Of a stretch of DNA of 32,000 bases, positions 1 through 8,627 are shown one piece after another. Each line of letters starts with the position of its first letter. The first letter of the stretch is position 1. Location: NCBI RefSeq assembly GCF_000015025.1, contig NC_008578.1, forward strand, positions 2,010,001 through 2,042,000, in the 5' to 3' direction. This DNA is from Acidothermus cellulolyticus 11B (GTDB lineage Bacteria > Actinomycetota > Actinomycetes > Acidothermales > Acidothermaceae). The notes beneath the pieces were generated by a model. The model did no database searches and was not told the DNA's origin. It saw only the letters and a list, made by a program, of their open reading frames with translations. The translations under genes were made by a program, and so were the position numbers.

Positions 1-924
1 GTGAATCTCACACGTCGGCCTGGTCCAGATGCGCTCCAGGGTGGAGAACCCGTCCTCGCCGTACGTGGCCCGACTTGCCGCCTGAGCCAGCCACGTCGAC
101 TCGTCGAACGGCAAGCGGGAGATCATCTCCCGTTCCTGGGCGCTGATCGGACGGACGTGATCGTAGAAGCCGGGCAGCGTCACCTGGCCGTGATCGTCAT
201 GCAGTCCGGCGAGGAGTCGGGCGAGCACGGTCAGCGGATTCGGGACGGCGCCGCCGAACGTGCCCGAATGCAGGTCGACGTCCGGGCCGTGCAGGTCGAT
301 TTGGCAATCGGTGAGCCCGCGCATGCCGAGACAGACGCTCACGACTCCGGGCGCATACATGGCGCTGTCACTGACCACGATCACGTCCGGGGCCAGCCGG
401 TCCCGGTGGGCACGAAGCAGCTCGGCGAATGTCGGTGAACCGGACTCCTCCTCCCCTTCGATGAGGAGCCGCAGGGTGACCGGGGGCTGCTGACGGCCGC
501 TCGCGGCAAGGTTCGCCTGGAGTCCGAGGAGGTGACAGAGCACCTGCCCCTTGTCGTCCGAGGCCCCTCGACCCAGAATGCGATCATCAACGATGGCGGG
601 TTCGAACGGGGCGAACGTCCACGCCTCCACCGGATCGACCGGCTGCACATCGTGGTGCCCGTACACCACGACGGTGGGTGCACCCGGATCCTCAGCCGGC
701 CATTCGGCGAAGACGGCGGGCGCCCCGCTCGGCGCCGTCCAGACCTCCACCGTGGGGAACCCAGCGCTGCGCAATACTGCGGCAAGCCACTCCGCGCTGC
801 GCCGAACGTCGTCCGCGTGTGCCGGATCCGTCCACACCGATGGGATGCGCAGCCACTCACCGAGTTGAGCGACGAAGGCGTCGCGTTGTTCAGCGAGATA
901 CCGACGTACAGCTTCCCGGTCCAT
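1..924 (-). CDS. M20-family metallopeptidase/dipeptidase (ArgE/DapE/PepV-like); the 3' end runs off the window
   Basis: My own reverse-strand translation from ATG at 924-922. It is absent from the ORF track because it has no in-window stop. Sequence: MDREAVRRYLAEQRDAFVAQLGEWLRIPSV...VVVYGHHDVQPVDP...GRGASDDKGQ...LIEGEEESGS. These are the typical M20 metal-ligand and catalytic motifs, and the frame stays open to position 1. Confidence 0.85.
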   Translation of the reverse strand, partial: MDREAVRRYLAEQRDAFVAQLGEWLRIPSVWTDPAHADDVRRSAEWLAAVLRSAGFPTVEVWTAPSGAPAVFAEWPAEDPGAPTVVVYGHHDVQPVDPVEAWTFAPFEPAIVDDRILGRGASDDKGQVLCHLLGLQANLAASGRQQPPVTLRLLIEGEEESGSPTFAELLRAHRDRLAPDVIVVSDSAMYAPGVVSVCLGMRGLTDCQIDLHGPDVDLHSGTFGGAVPNPLTVLARLLAGLHDDHGQVTLPGFYDHVRPISAQEREMISRLPFDESTWLAQAASRATYGEDGFSTLERIWTRPTCEIH

Positions 925-1015
925 GGCGGCACTCTACGGGTCGCGCGACCGCCACCACGTCGCCGTATGACGGCTCGGCCGTGACCCGATGGCGAGCGTG
1001 CCCGGACGAGGGCAC

Positions 1016-1083
1016 GGTGCGTAACCGACGGGTACGGCGGGAAGCCGACGGTGCGTGACCGGCGGGCACGGCAGGAAGCCGAC
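1016..1083. repeat. Tandem direct repeat, 2 x 34 bp (30/34 identical), in the divergent M20/USP intergenic region
   Basis: Unit 1 (1016-1049) is ggtgcgtaaccgacgggtacggcgggaagccgac. Unit 2 (1050-1083) is ggtgcgtgaccggcgggcacggcaggaagccgac. Confidence 0.9.
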
Positions 1084-1208
1084 GGCGCAGGGGCCGGTTC
1101 GCGCCAAGGCGGGCTGCAGCGTCGGGCCGGCTGGACCGCCGGTCGACGTCCGTACGAAGCCGAGGGAAGCCGCCCATTGTTCCCGCTGACAGGGGGCATC
1201 CTTGAGGC

Positions 1209-1703
1209 ATGGTGGAGCAGCTCATCGCAACGGGCGTTGACGACACCGCGCACGACGTCACCCAAACGGAGCCGGAACCGACGGCGACCGAGGCCCGGCG
1301 CAATCTCGTCGTCGTCGGCGTGGACGGGTCGGCGTGCAGCGCCAAGGCACTGGCGTGGGCCGAAGAGTACGCGAAAACCGTCGGCGCCGACCTCGCGCTT
1401 GTCATCGCGTGGCACTGGCCGACGGCGTACGGCGAGCCGATTCCGTTCGAGGACTTCACCCCGGAAGCCGACGCGGCCGAGGTGCTGCGCAAAGCAGCGG
1501 CGACGCTCACCCTGCCATCCGAACGGGTGCGGCTCGTCGTCCGCCAAGGAGCAGCCGGTGACGTTCTCGTCAAGGCAAGCGAATCCGCTCGGCTCCTTGT
1601 CGTCGGGTGCCGCGGCCACGGCAGCCTTCTCAAGCGGGTCATCGGATCGACAAGCATCTACTGCGCGCATCACGCGCACTGCCCGGTCGTCATCGTGCGC
1701 TGA
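1209..1703 (+). CDS. Universal stress protein (UspA family)
   Basis: A 164-aa ORF. It has NLVVVGVDGS...AL.WA and a C-terminal LLVVGCRGHG...GSTS....HHAHCPVVIV, which is the typical Usp ATP-binding motif G-x2-G-x9-G(S/T). The exact start is uncertain. Confidence 0.85.
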   Translation: MVEQLIATGVDDTAHDVTQTEPEPTATEARRNLVVVGVDGSACSAKALAWAEEYAKTVGADLALVIAWHWPTAYGEPIPFEDFTPEADAAEVLRKAAATLTLPSERVRLVVRQGAAGDVLVKASESARLLVVGCRGHGSLLKRVIGSTSIYCAHHAHCPVVIVR

Positions 1704-4700
1704 ACGGTGAACCGGAGCGGGGACGGCCGGCCAACGGCAGCGTCCGCGCCGCCAGCAACTCCATCAGGCCCCTCCGGTCAAGCAGGTCCGCCGGCGCATA
1801 ATCGCCGCCGTCCCGCAGGTAGCAGAACGTGGCGCGGACCCGTTCGAGCGGGACGCCGGAAAGCTCCGACCAGGCAAGCCGGTACGCGCCAAGCTGGACA
1901 GCCGCAGCCTCCGCGTACTCTCCGCGCGGACGGCGTCCCGTTTTCCAGTCCACGATGGTGAATCCACCGTCCGGGTCGGCAAACACGGCGTCCATCCGGC
2001 CACGGATGACCCGGCCATCGACCACGAGGTGGAACGGGACCTCGACGTCGACGGGATGCCGGGACGCCCAGTGGGATTCGAGAAAAGCCGTTTTCAGCGC
2101 CTCCAGTTCGTCGTCAGGAGCCGCATCAGAGTCAGCCGCGCCCGGCAGCTCGTCGACGTCGAGGAGGCGTGGGGCCGCGAACCGTTGCTCAAGCCAGCGG
2201 TGAAAGGCCGTTCCGCGCCGGGCGGAGGGAACCGGTCTGTTCGGGAGCGGCCGGCGCAGCCGCGCTGCGAACCGAGACGGATCCTCGCGGAGTGCGACCA
2301 GTTGCGTGACTGACAACTGCTCGGGAAGCACCACGGCCGATTGCTCCGTCGCACGGCTCCGTTCCGCAAGCAGGACGGCGATATCCCGCGACCACCCATC
2401 GACCTGCTCCCACTGCGTGGCTGGAATCGGCGTGCGCGGGCGCGGTTCCGCCTCGCCGCCGGTCAGCGCCTCCGCCGATCCGTCGTCCCGGCCGGACATC
2501 GGCTCTCCGGCGACCGCAACAGCGTCCCGCACGAGAGCCGCCGCCCGCTCGACTTGAGGCCGCCGGGAGCCGAGGGGGTCGACCGGCCAGGCCACTCGAC
2601 GCGGCCCGTCGACGAGCCGGGGATTCGCCGTCCCGTCATCCGGGACGGGTGTCCAGCACTCCACGCGCATGGCGCCGAGCACGTCGCCGGTGAGGAACGC
2701 GCTATCGGCATGTGCTCTGGTCGTGTCATCCCACCGGTAACCCGTGCAGAAGAGCCACCGCCGCGCCCGGGTGACGGCGACGTACGCCAGCCGCCGTTCC
2801 TCGGCAAGGGCGTGGCACTTGACCGCCTCGGCGAAATCTTTGAGGAGAGCGACGACCGCGCTCTGGTCGTCCGCCGTCGTCATGTCGATGCTCGGCAGCG
2901 CATCGCGGTCGCCGCGAAGCGGCCACGGCAGCAGGTGCGCGCTGGTCAACCAGCCTGTCGTGTTCCGCACCCCGGTTGGGAAGACACCGTCCACCATGCC
3001 GGGCACGCAGACGACGTCCCATTCGAGCCCCTTGGCGGCATGCACGGTGAGGACGTCGACCACGCCGGGCCGGCGCTCCCCGGCGGCCGCGTCAAAGGCG
3101 ACGGCAGCGTCGTCCTCCGGACGGTCCAGCCCCCGCTCCGCGTACCCAGCCGCCTCGAGGTAGTCGAGGAACCCGCCGAGAGTGGGATTCTCTGCGGCGT
3201 CGGCATAGTCGGCCGCAACCTCAAGGAAGGCGTCCAGATTCGACCGGCCGGGCTGCTCGCCGCGCGCCAGCACCTCGACATCGACGCCGATCGTGGCAAT
3301 CACTTCGGCGACCAGGTCCGGCAGCGGCTGCGACAATCGCGACCGGAGGTGGTGCAGCTCGTCGGCGAGCCGGGCGAGCCGACGTCCGCCTTCGACCGAG
3401 AACCAGCCGGACTGCGTGACCCATCGCTCGGTACGCAACCGATCGAGAGCGTCCACCAGGCTGAGCGAATCCGCTGCGTCACCGCCGAGTGGCGCTCCTG
3501 CGTCGTCGGGACCGTGCGACGTCTGCGACTCCGTGGCGGCACGGTCGTCGGGACCGTGCAACGTCTGCGACTCCGTGGCGGCACGGTCGTCGGCGGCCGC
3601 ACAGCGTCTCGCCCACCGATGCAAGGCCGCCAGGTCGGCGGCGCCGATCCGCCACCGGGCGCCGGTCAGCAGACGCATCAGCGCATCACCCCGGTCGGGA
3701 TCGACGAGCACCTGCAGGGTGGCGACCACGTCTTCGATCTCCGGTTGGTCGAGCAGCCCGCCGACACCGAGGATGCGGATCGGCACCCCCCGGGCACGCA
3801 GCGCCGGTTCGAGCGGCAGCAGCTGCCGCCACTTGCGCAGCAGGATCGCGATGCTCCGGCCCGGCTCCCCGGCCTGCCGGGCGGCTTCGTCCTCCCGAAG
3901 CACCCTGGCGACGTACTCGGCGACGGCCGCGGCCTCGTCCTCGACCGTCGGGTAGCACGCGCACCGCGCCTCGCCGACGGGAGCGTCGTCGCGTGGCCGG
4001 AGCACAGGAACCGCGGTGGTGTCGCGCCCAGCGCGCAGCGGCTCGGCGATCAGGTTCGCAACCGCGAGGATCTCGGGACTGTTCCGAAAGCTCGTCGCCA
4101 GCGGAAAGACCGTGACGGCACAGGGCGCCTCGGCGATCAGCGCGCGGAAGGTGCCGTGGCTCGCGCCACGCCACCCGTAAATCGCCTGCGCGGGATCCCC
4201 GACGACGGTCAGCCACGGCTGCGCCGCCGCTGGCGATTCGGCATCCGGCGGGGCGGTCTTCGGCAGGAACAGCGCCCGGAGGAAGTCCAGCTGGGCGTGG
4301 CTGGTGTCCTGGAACTCGTCGAGCAGGACGGCGCGGAAGGCGGCCCGTTCGGCGGCCCCAACCTCGGGGAACAGCTCGGCCAAAGTGGCCGCCAGCGCCA
4401 TCTGGTCGGCGAAATCCAGCACCTCGGCGTCCCGTTTGCGCGCCCGGTAATCGACGACGATGGGCAGGAGCTGGCGGCGAAGCTTCAGCTGATCGACAAT
4501 CCGCTCAACGTCCTCAGCCATCGTGCGGCTCCTGCCCCGCGGATACGGCAGGGCGCAGAGCTTCGCGGCCAACTGGTCACAGAATTCCGCGACTGACTCG
4601 ACGTCGACGCGGTGCTGCGCCAGCTCGCCGGCGAGGATGAAGACCCGATTGGTCACCGTTGTCGGCGAGAGCGTGACCGCGTCCATCGGGCCGTCATAGG

Positions 4701-5184
4701 CGTCAACCGCCCGGCGGGCGAACTGCCACGACGCAGCCTGTCCGATCAGCCGAAGACCGGGCTCTACGCCCAGCCGCAGGGCGTGATCGGCGACGATCCG
4801 CCCGGCGTACGCGTCGTAGGTAACGACCGTCGGCTCCCCAACCGCGAGCACCTCCGGATCGATCACCCGACGGCGGGCGAGTTGCGTCAACCGCCGGCGG
4901 ATTCGCCCGGCCAGCTCGGTCGCCGCACGCCGGGTGAAGGTGAGGCCGAGCACCTGCTCGGGCCGGACTATCCCGTTGGCGACCAAGTAGACCACCCGAC
5001 CGGCCATCGTCTCGGTTTTCCCGGACCCGGCACCGGCGAGCACGACCGAGAGCGGCGCCGCAGATTCGATCACTGCCGCCTGTTCGTCGGTCGGCGGCGG
5101 CAGTCCGAGGAGACCGGCGAGGTCCGCCGCACGGAAACGTGGGCGGGCGCCGGCTCCCGATCCGGCGGACGTCGCACCCGTCAT
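1690..5184 (-). CDS. adnB: UvrD/Rep-type helicase fused to a C-terminal RecB-type (PD-(D/E)xK) nuclease; AdnB-like subunit of the AdnAB helicase-nuclease
   Basis: 1164 aa. It has Walker A AGAGSGKT, then LLDEFQDTS, then VHAAKGLEWD and VAVTRAR. The C-terminal nuclease motifs are GRMDAVF...IVDWKTG and QLGAYRLAW. It lies immediately downstream of a paralogous subunit, as in mycobacterial adnA-adnB. Confidence 0.88.
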   Translation of the reverse strand: MTGATSAGSGAGARPRFRAADLAGLLGLPPPTDEQAAVIESAAPLSVVLAGAGSGKTETMAGRVVYLVANGIVRPEQVLGLTFTRRAATELAGRIRRRLTQLARRRVIDPEVLAVGEPTVVTYDAYAGRIVADHALRLGVEPGLRLIGQAASWQFARRAVDAYDGPMDAVTLSPTTVTNRVFILAGELAQHRVDVESVAEFCDQLAAKLCALPYPRGRSRTMAEDVERIVDQLKLRRQLLPIVVDYRARKRDAEVLDFADQMALAATLAELFPEVGAAERAAFRAVLLDEFQDTSHAQLDFLRALFLPKTAPPDAESPAAAQPWLTVVGDPAQAIYGWRGASHGTFRALIAEAPCAVTVFPLATSFRNSPEILAVANLIAEPLRAGRDTTAVPVLRPRDDAPVGEARCACYPTVEDEAAAVAEYVARVLREDEAARQAGEPGRSIAILLRKWRQLLPLEPALRARGVPIRILGVGGLLDQPEIEDVVATLQVLVDPDRGDALMRLLTGARWRIGAADLAALHRWARRCAAADDRAATESQTLHGPDDRAATESQTSHGPDDAGAPLGGDAADSLSLVDALDRLRTERWVTQSGWFSVEGGRRLARLADELHHLRSRLSQPLPDLVAEVIATIGVDVEVLARGEQPGRSNLDAFLEVAADYADAAENPTLGGFLDYLEAAGYAERGLDRPEDDAAVAFDAAAGERRPGVVDVLTVHAAKGLEWDVVCVPGMVDGVFPTGVRNTTGWLTSAHLLPWPLRGDRDALPSIDMTTADDQSAVVALLKDFAEAVKCHALAEERRLAYVAVTRARRWLFCTGYRWDDTTRAHADSAFLTGDVLGAMRVECWTPVPDDGTANPRLVDGPRRVAWPVDPLGSRRPQVERAAALVRDAVAVAGEPMSGRDDGSAEALTGGEAEPRPRTPIPATQWEQVDGWSRDIAVLLAERSRATEQSAVVLPEQLSVTQLVALREDPSRFAARLRRPLPNRPVPSARRGTAFHRWLEQRFAAPRLLDVDELPGAADSDAAPDDELEALKTAFLESHWASRHPVDVEVPFHLVVDGRVIRGRMDAVFADPDGGFTIVDWKTGRRPRGEYAEAAAVQLGAYRLAWSELSGVPLERVRATFCYLRDGGDYAPADLLDRRGLMELLAARTLPLAGRPRSGSPFSAR
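3502..3598. repeat. In-frame 42-bp tandem repeat (2 full copies plus a partial third) inside adnB
   Basis: 3502-3543 and 3544-3585 differ at one base, and 3586-3598 restarts the unit. The repeat encodes the duplicated peptide DDRAATESQT(L/S)HGP. Confidence 0.95.
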
Positions 5185-5311
5185 CCAGTCACCGCCATCA
5201 TCGGGTCACCGGTCATCCAGTCACCGCCGCCCCTTCGACCACCCGACCGGCGGGGCCGTACGGGTGTTGATCAGCTTTCGCCGTCATCCCGTCACCGCCG
5301 CCCCTTCGACC
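5180..5311. repeat. Three dispersed direct copies of gtcatcc(a/c)gtcaccgcc across the adnA stop / adnB start junction
   Basis: The copies start at 5180, 5212 and 5283. The copies at 5212-5240 and 5283-5311 are 28/29 identical (gtcatccNgtcaccgccgccccttcgacc). Copy 3 contains the adnA stop codon and copy 1 contains the adnB start codon. Confidence 0.9.
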
Positions 5312-8300
5312 CAGAGCGGACAGCAGATCCGGACCGGACAGAACCGGCACCCGTCGTTCGCGACCGCATCGAAGACCGCAGCGGCCATCCCTTCCGCACA
5401 CTTCATGATCATTTCGTGTGCCCAACTGCCGCCCGCTGCCTCGAGCGGCGCCTGGCCCCACTCGACCGGTTCTGGACGATCCTCATCGAGGAACAGCAGC
5501 GCAGCCCCGGCGGGCGTCCGTCCCTCGTCGAACGCACCTTCGACGACCGCCACTTGGTAGGCCCCGAGCTGAGGATGCTCGGCAAGGTCGGCCTTCCGCA
5601 CCGCACGCCGACCGGTCTTCAGATCGACGACGTACAGCCGGCCGTCGTCGTCCTGCTCAAGCCGGTCCACCCGGCCGGTGAGCAGCGCCCGACCGACCGT
5701 GACCTGGAAATCGCGCTCCACCGCAAGCAGACGCCGCGGATTGCGCGCCATCCAGGCAGCGAGCCGCTCGACCATCGCAGCCGCCCGGTCGCGTTGCGCG
5801 GCGGCGAACCAGCCGGTACCGAGATCCGTGTCGGCGAGGGCGGCGTCGAGGCGTTCGCGAAGCTGCGCAACGTCAACCGAGAACGTGGCGGCAGCGCGGT
5901 GCACCGCCGTGCCGACGACTTGGCTCGCCGACGACCGTCCCCGCCCGCCGCATGACTCCAGCAACCAACGCAACGGGCAGCGGGTGAAAAGTTCAAGCCG
6001 GGACGGCGAAACCGGCACCGGCTCGTCGTCCCGACGCAACGGCTGATCCGTGGACGGTGCCGGCAGGCCGTACCAGCCGTCGGGGGCGGCGCCGGGTATC
6101 CCGGCGGCTGCGAGCTGCGCGAGATGTCCGGCCGCCCGGCGGGCGACGGCATCGTCCGCTGTCTCGGCCGCCCGGCGGAGATCGCCGAGCAGCGACGGCA
6201 GGTCCAGACCGCGGGGCGGCCGAGTGAGCGGCCGCTCGTCAGCGTCCAGCGGGTCGATGTCGTCGAGGAACCGAGACGGAATTTCCTGGTCGCCGGAGAC
6301 CGCCGTCACGATGAGTTTCCGGCGAGCGCGGCTGGCCGCCAGGTAGCAGAGCCGCCGTTCCTCAGCGAGGGCGGCGGACCGCTCCTCGAGGGTGCGGATC
6401 GACCCGCCGGGCCCACGGTCGGCCGCGTCGGCGATCCGGCCGTCGAGGACGTCGAGGAAGTCCCGCAGGCCGAGAAGGGATCCGCGGCGTCGCAGGTCCG
6501 GCCAGACGCCTTCTTGGACGCCGGCCAGCACCACAACGTCCCACTCCCGGCTCTTCGCCGCATGCGCGGTGAGCAGATCGACGCCGTCCGGCTCCGGGGC
6601 GCGGGCCGCGAGCGTGTCGGTGGGAATCTCCTGCCCGAGCAGATAGTCGGCGAAGAGGGCGGCGCCGGCCCGCGGCAGGCGGTCGACGTACCGGCTGGCG
6701 GCAGCGAACAACGCCATCACCGCATCAAGGTCCCGGTCGGCTGCGGCGCCGACCGCACCTCCGGAAAGCGCCTGGGCGTAGAGCTCAGTCGCCAGCCCAG
6801 TTGCGTTCCAGATCTCCCAGAGCACGGTCTCTGCCGTCGCGGCCGGCTCGGTGACGGCACGGCGTCCTGCCTCGATCGCTCGCGCGACCCGCAGCGCCGG
6901 CGCGGCAGCCTGTTCGTCGATCACCTCGAGGTCACGCGGGTCGTTGAGCACCTGGGCCAGGACGACGGCCGATGAGCGTTCGCCGCCGGCGGCCCGATCC
7001 AGCCGCCGCAGGGCGATCCGCAGCCGCCGCAACTGGAGGGGATCCGCCCGGCCGATCGGACCCGCGACAAGCTCCTCGGCAAGGGAGGCCGCCGCCGTCG
7101 GCGCACGCTCGACGTCCAGCAGCGGCTGGCCGGCGGCGATCCGCAACGCCAGGAGGAGGTGGCGCACGATCGGGACGTCCACGATCGGGCTGCTCTGCTC
7201 CGGCACCCGGACCGGTACCCCCGCAGCGGTGAGCGCCCGACGCAGCGGCGGAATCTGCGCCGCCGACCGGACCAGGACCGCCATCGCCGTCCAGCCGAGA
7301 CCCTCGACGAGGTGGGCGTGGCGGAGGTGGTAGGCGATGTAGGCGGCCTGCGCGCCGGGTGTGGCGAACGCGCGGACGTCGACCGATCCGTCCCCGTCGG
7401 CCCCGGCGCCTGCCCGGACGTCGACCGATCCGTCGCCGTCAGCCGCGGCGGCGCCAGCCCCGGCGACCCCGGCGCCAGCCCCGGCGAGAGCCCGGACGGC
7501 CCCGGCTTCCGCACCCACCGCAAGACCGCGGTACGCGGCCGCACTGACACCCGGAGGGACGACGACCGGCAGTCGCTCGGCCAACCGCCGGACCGCGGCC
7601 AGCAGCGCCGGACCGCCGCGGTATGCCCGGCCGAGCACGACGACCCGCGGCCGCTGATCAGCGAAGTCACTGAGAAACTCCCGCACACCGAGGGGATCCG
7701 CACCACGGAAGCCGTAAACCGACTGGTCGGGATCCGCAGCGATGACCAAAGCCGCGCCACTCGTGATGGCCCGCAGCAACCGCCGCTGGGCCGGGTCCGT
7801 CTCTTCGTACTCGTCGACGACGACGAGGGCGTGCCGGACCCGGCAGCTCTCCAGCAGCTGCGGGTGCTCCTGCAACAGCGCCGTCGCGGCCAGGATGAGC
7901 TCGGCCGGGTCGTACCCGGCGGCGTCCCGAAGCGCGGTGACCTGGCTGTACTCCCGCGCGAACCGGCCGATCGCCACCCAGTCATCCCGCCCGGCCTGTC
8001 GGCCGAGCCGGGCCACGTCGTCTGGTGTCAGGCCCCGCTGGACCGCCTGCTGCAGAAACTCCCGCAGTTCACGGGCAAATCCCCGGGTCGGGAGCGCGGG
8101 TCGCAGCCGCTCCGGCCAACCCGTTGCCCCGCGGTCCAGGTCGCCGCGGAGAAGTTCCCGGATGATGACGTCTTGCTCGGCGCTGGTCAGCAGCCGCGGC
8201 GGTGGTTCACCACGCTGGATCGCATCGGCGCAGAGCACCCCGAAGGCGTAGGAGTGGAAGGTGCGGGCCAGGGGTTCGCGGCTGGTTCGCCCGAGCCGGA

Positions 8301-8571
8301 GCGCGATGCGGCGACGCAGCTCCGCTGCGGACCGCCGCTGCCCGGTCAGGACAAGAACGTTCTCCAGCGCGACCTCGCCGCGGCTGACCCGATCGGCGAC
8401 CGTTTCGATCAACAGCGTGGTCTTGCCGGTGCCCGGACCGCCAAGGATGAGCAGCGGGCCGCCTCGGTGCGCAAGAACCGCCTGCTGTTCGGCGTCCCAC
8501 TCCGGCGCCGCTCGGCCGGGATGCCGGTTACCTCCCGGAGTGTCAGCCACGGTCGCGACCACGCCTGGCAT
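5284..8571 (-). CDS. adnA: UvrD-like helicase/RecB-type nuclease subunit with a C-terminal Cys cluster; AdnA-like subunit of AdnAB
   Basis: 1095 aa. It has Walker A GGPGTGKT, then VVVDEYEETD, then TAHAAKSREWD and AASRARR. The nuclease motifs are GRVDRLE...YVVDLKTG and QLGAYQ. It ends with the Cys pattern C...CRFCPVRICC. It lies upstream of the adnB-like gene on the same strand. Confidence 0.85.
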   Translation of the reverse strand: MPGVVATVADTPGGNRHPGRAAPEWDAEQQAVLAHRGGPLLILGGPGTGKTTLLIETVADRVSRGEVALENVLVLTGQRRSAAELRRRIALRLGRTSREPLARTFHSYAFGVLCADAIQRGEPPPRLLTSAEQDVIIRELLRGDLDRGATGWPERLRPALPTRGFARELREFLQQAVQRGLTPDDVARLGRQAGRDDWVAIGRFAREYSQVTALRDAAGYDPAELILAATALLQEHPQLLESCRVRHALVVVDEYEETDPAQRRLLRAITSGAALVIAADPDQSVYGFRGADPLGVREFLSDFADQRPRVVVLGRAYRGGPALLAAVRRLAERLPVVVPPGVSAAAYRGLAVGAEAGAVRALAGAGAGVAGAGAAAADGDGSVDVRAGAGADGDGSVDVRAFATPGAQAAYIAYHLRHAHLVEGLGWTAMAVLVRSAAQIPPLRRALTAAGVPVRVPEQSSPIVDVPIVRHLLLALRIAAGQPLLDVERAPTAAASLAEELVAGPIGRADPLQLRRLRIALRRLDRAAGGERSSAVVLAQVLNDPRDLEVIDEQAAAPALRVARAIEAGRRAVTEPAATAETVLWEIWNATGLATELYAQALSGGAVGAAADRDLDAVMALFAAASRYVDRLPRAGAALFADYLLGQEIPTDTLAARAPEPDGVDLLTAHAAKSREWDVVVLAGVQEGVWPDLRRRGSLLGLRDFLDVLDGRIADAADRGPGGSIRTLEERSAALAEERRLCYLAASRARRKLIVTAVSGDQEIPSRFLDDIDPLDADERPLTRPPRGLDLPSLLGDLRRAAETADDAVARRAAGHLAQLAAAGIPGAAPDGWYGLPAPSTDQPLRRDDEPVPVSPSRLELFTRCPLRWLLESCGGRGRSSASQVVGTAVHRAAATFSVDVAQLRERLDAALADTDLGTGWFAAAQRDRAAAMVERLAAWMARNPRRLLAVERDFQVTVGRALLTGRVDRLEQDDDGRLYVVDLKTGRRAVRKADLAEHPQLGAYQVAVVEGAFDEGRTPAGAALLFLDEDRPEPVEWGQAPLEAAGGSWAHEMIMKCAEGMAAAVFDAVANDGCRFCPVRICCPLWVEGAAVTG
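7373..7487. repeat. In-frame tandem repeats inside adnA: 2 x 42 bp (7373-7456), then 2 x 17 bp at 21-bp spacing (7450-7487)
   Basis: cggacgtcgaccgatccgtc recurs exactly 42 bp apart. ggcgccagccccggcga occurs at 7450 and 7471. The repeats encode AGAGVAGAGAAAADGDGSVDVRAGAGADGDGSVDVRA. Confidence 0.9.
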
Positions 8572-8627
8572 CTCATCACGGACCGCCGACAGATTCGACA
8601 GCCCCGCCGAATGTGCCCAGCCGGCCG

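Noticed and set aside
590-610. tRNA-like GGTTCGAA T-loop strings (also near 11305)
   Set aside because: Both lie inside well-supported coding regions, and neither has a surrounding cloverleaf-compatible arrangement.
381-1679. 432-aa minus-strand ORF (and the 890-1657 minus ORF)
   Set aside because: It runs out of frame through the M20 peptidase gene, the intergenic region and the antisense strand of the USP gene. It is Arg-rich with no motifs. The true minus-strand gene is the unlisted frame ending at the ATG at 924.
2341-4596. 751-aa plus-strand ORF (and the neighbouring plus ORFs at 4612-5955, 6124-6975 and 7159-8643)
   Set aside because: They are antisense to the well-supported adnB/adnA genes. 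Their products are Arg/Pro/Gly-rich with no recognisable motifs. These are the shadow ORFs expected in very GC-rich DNA.
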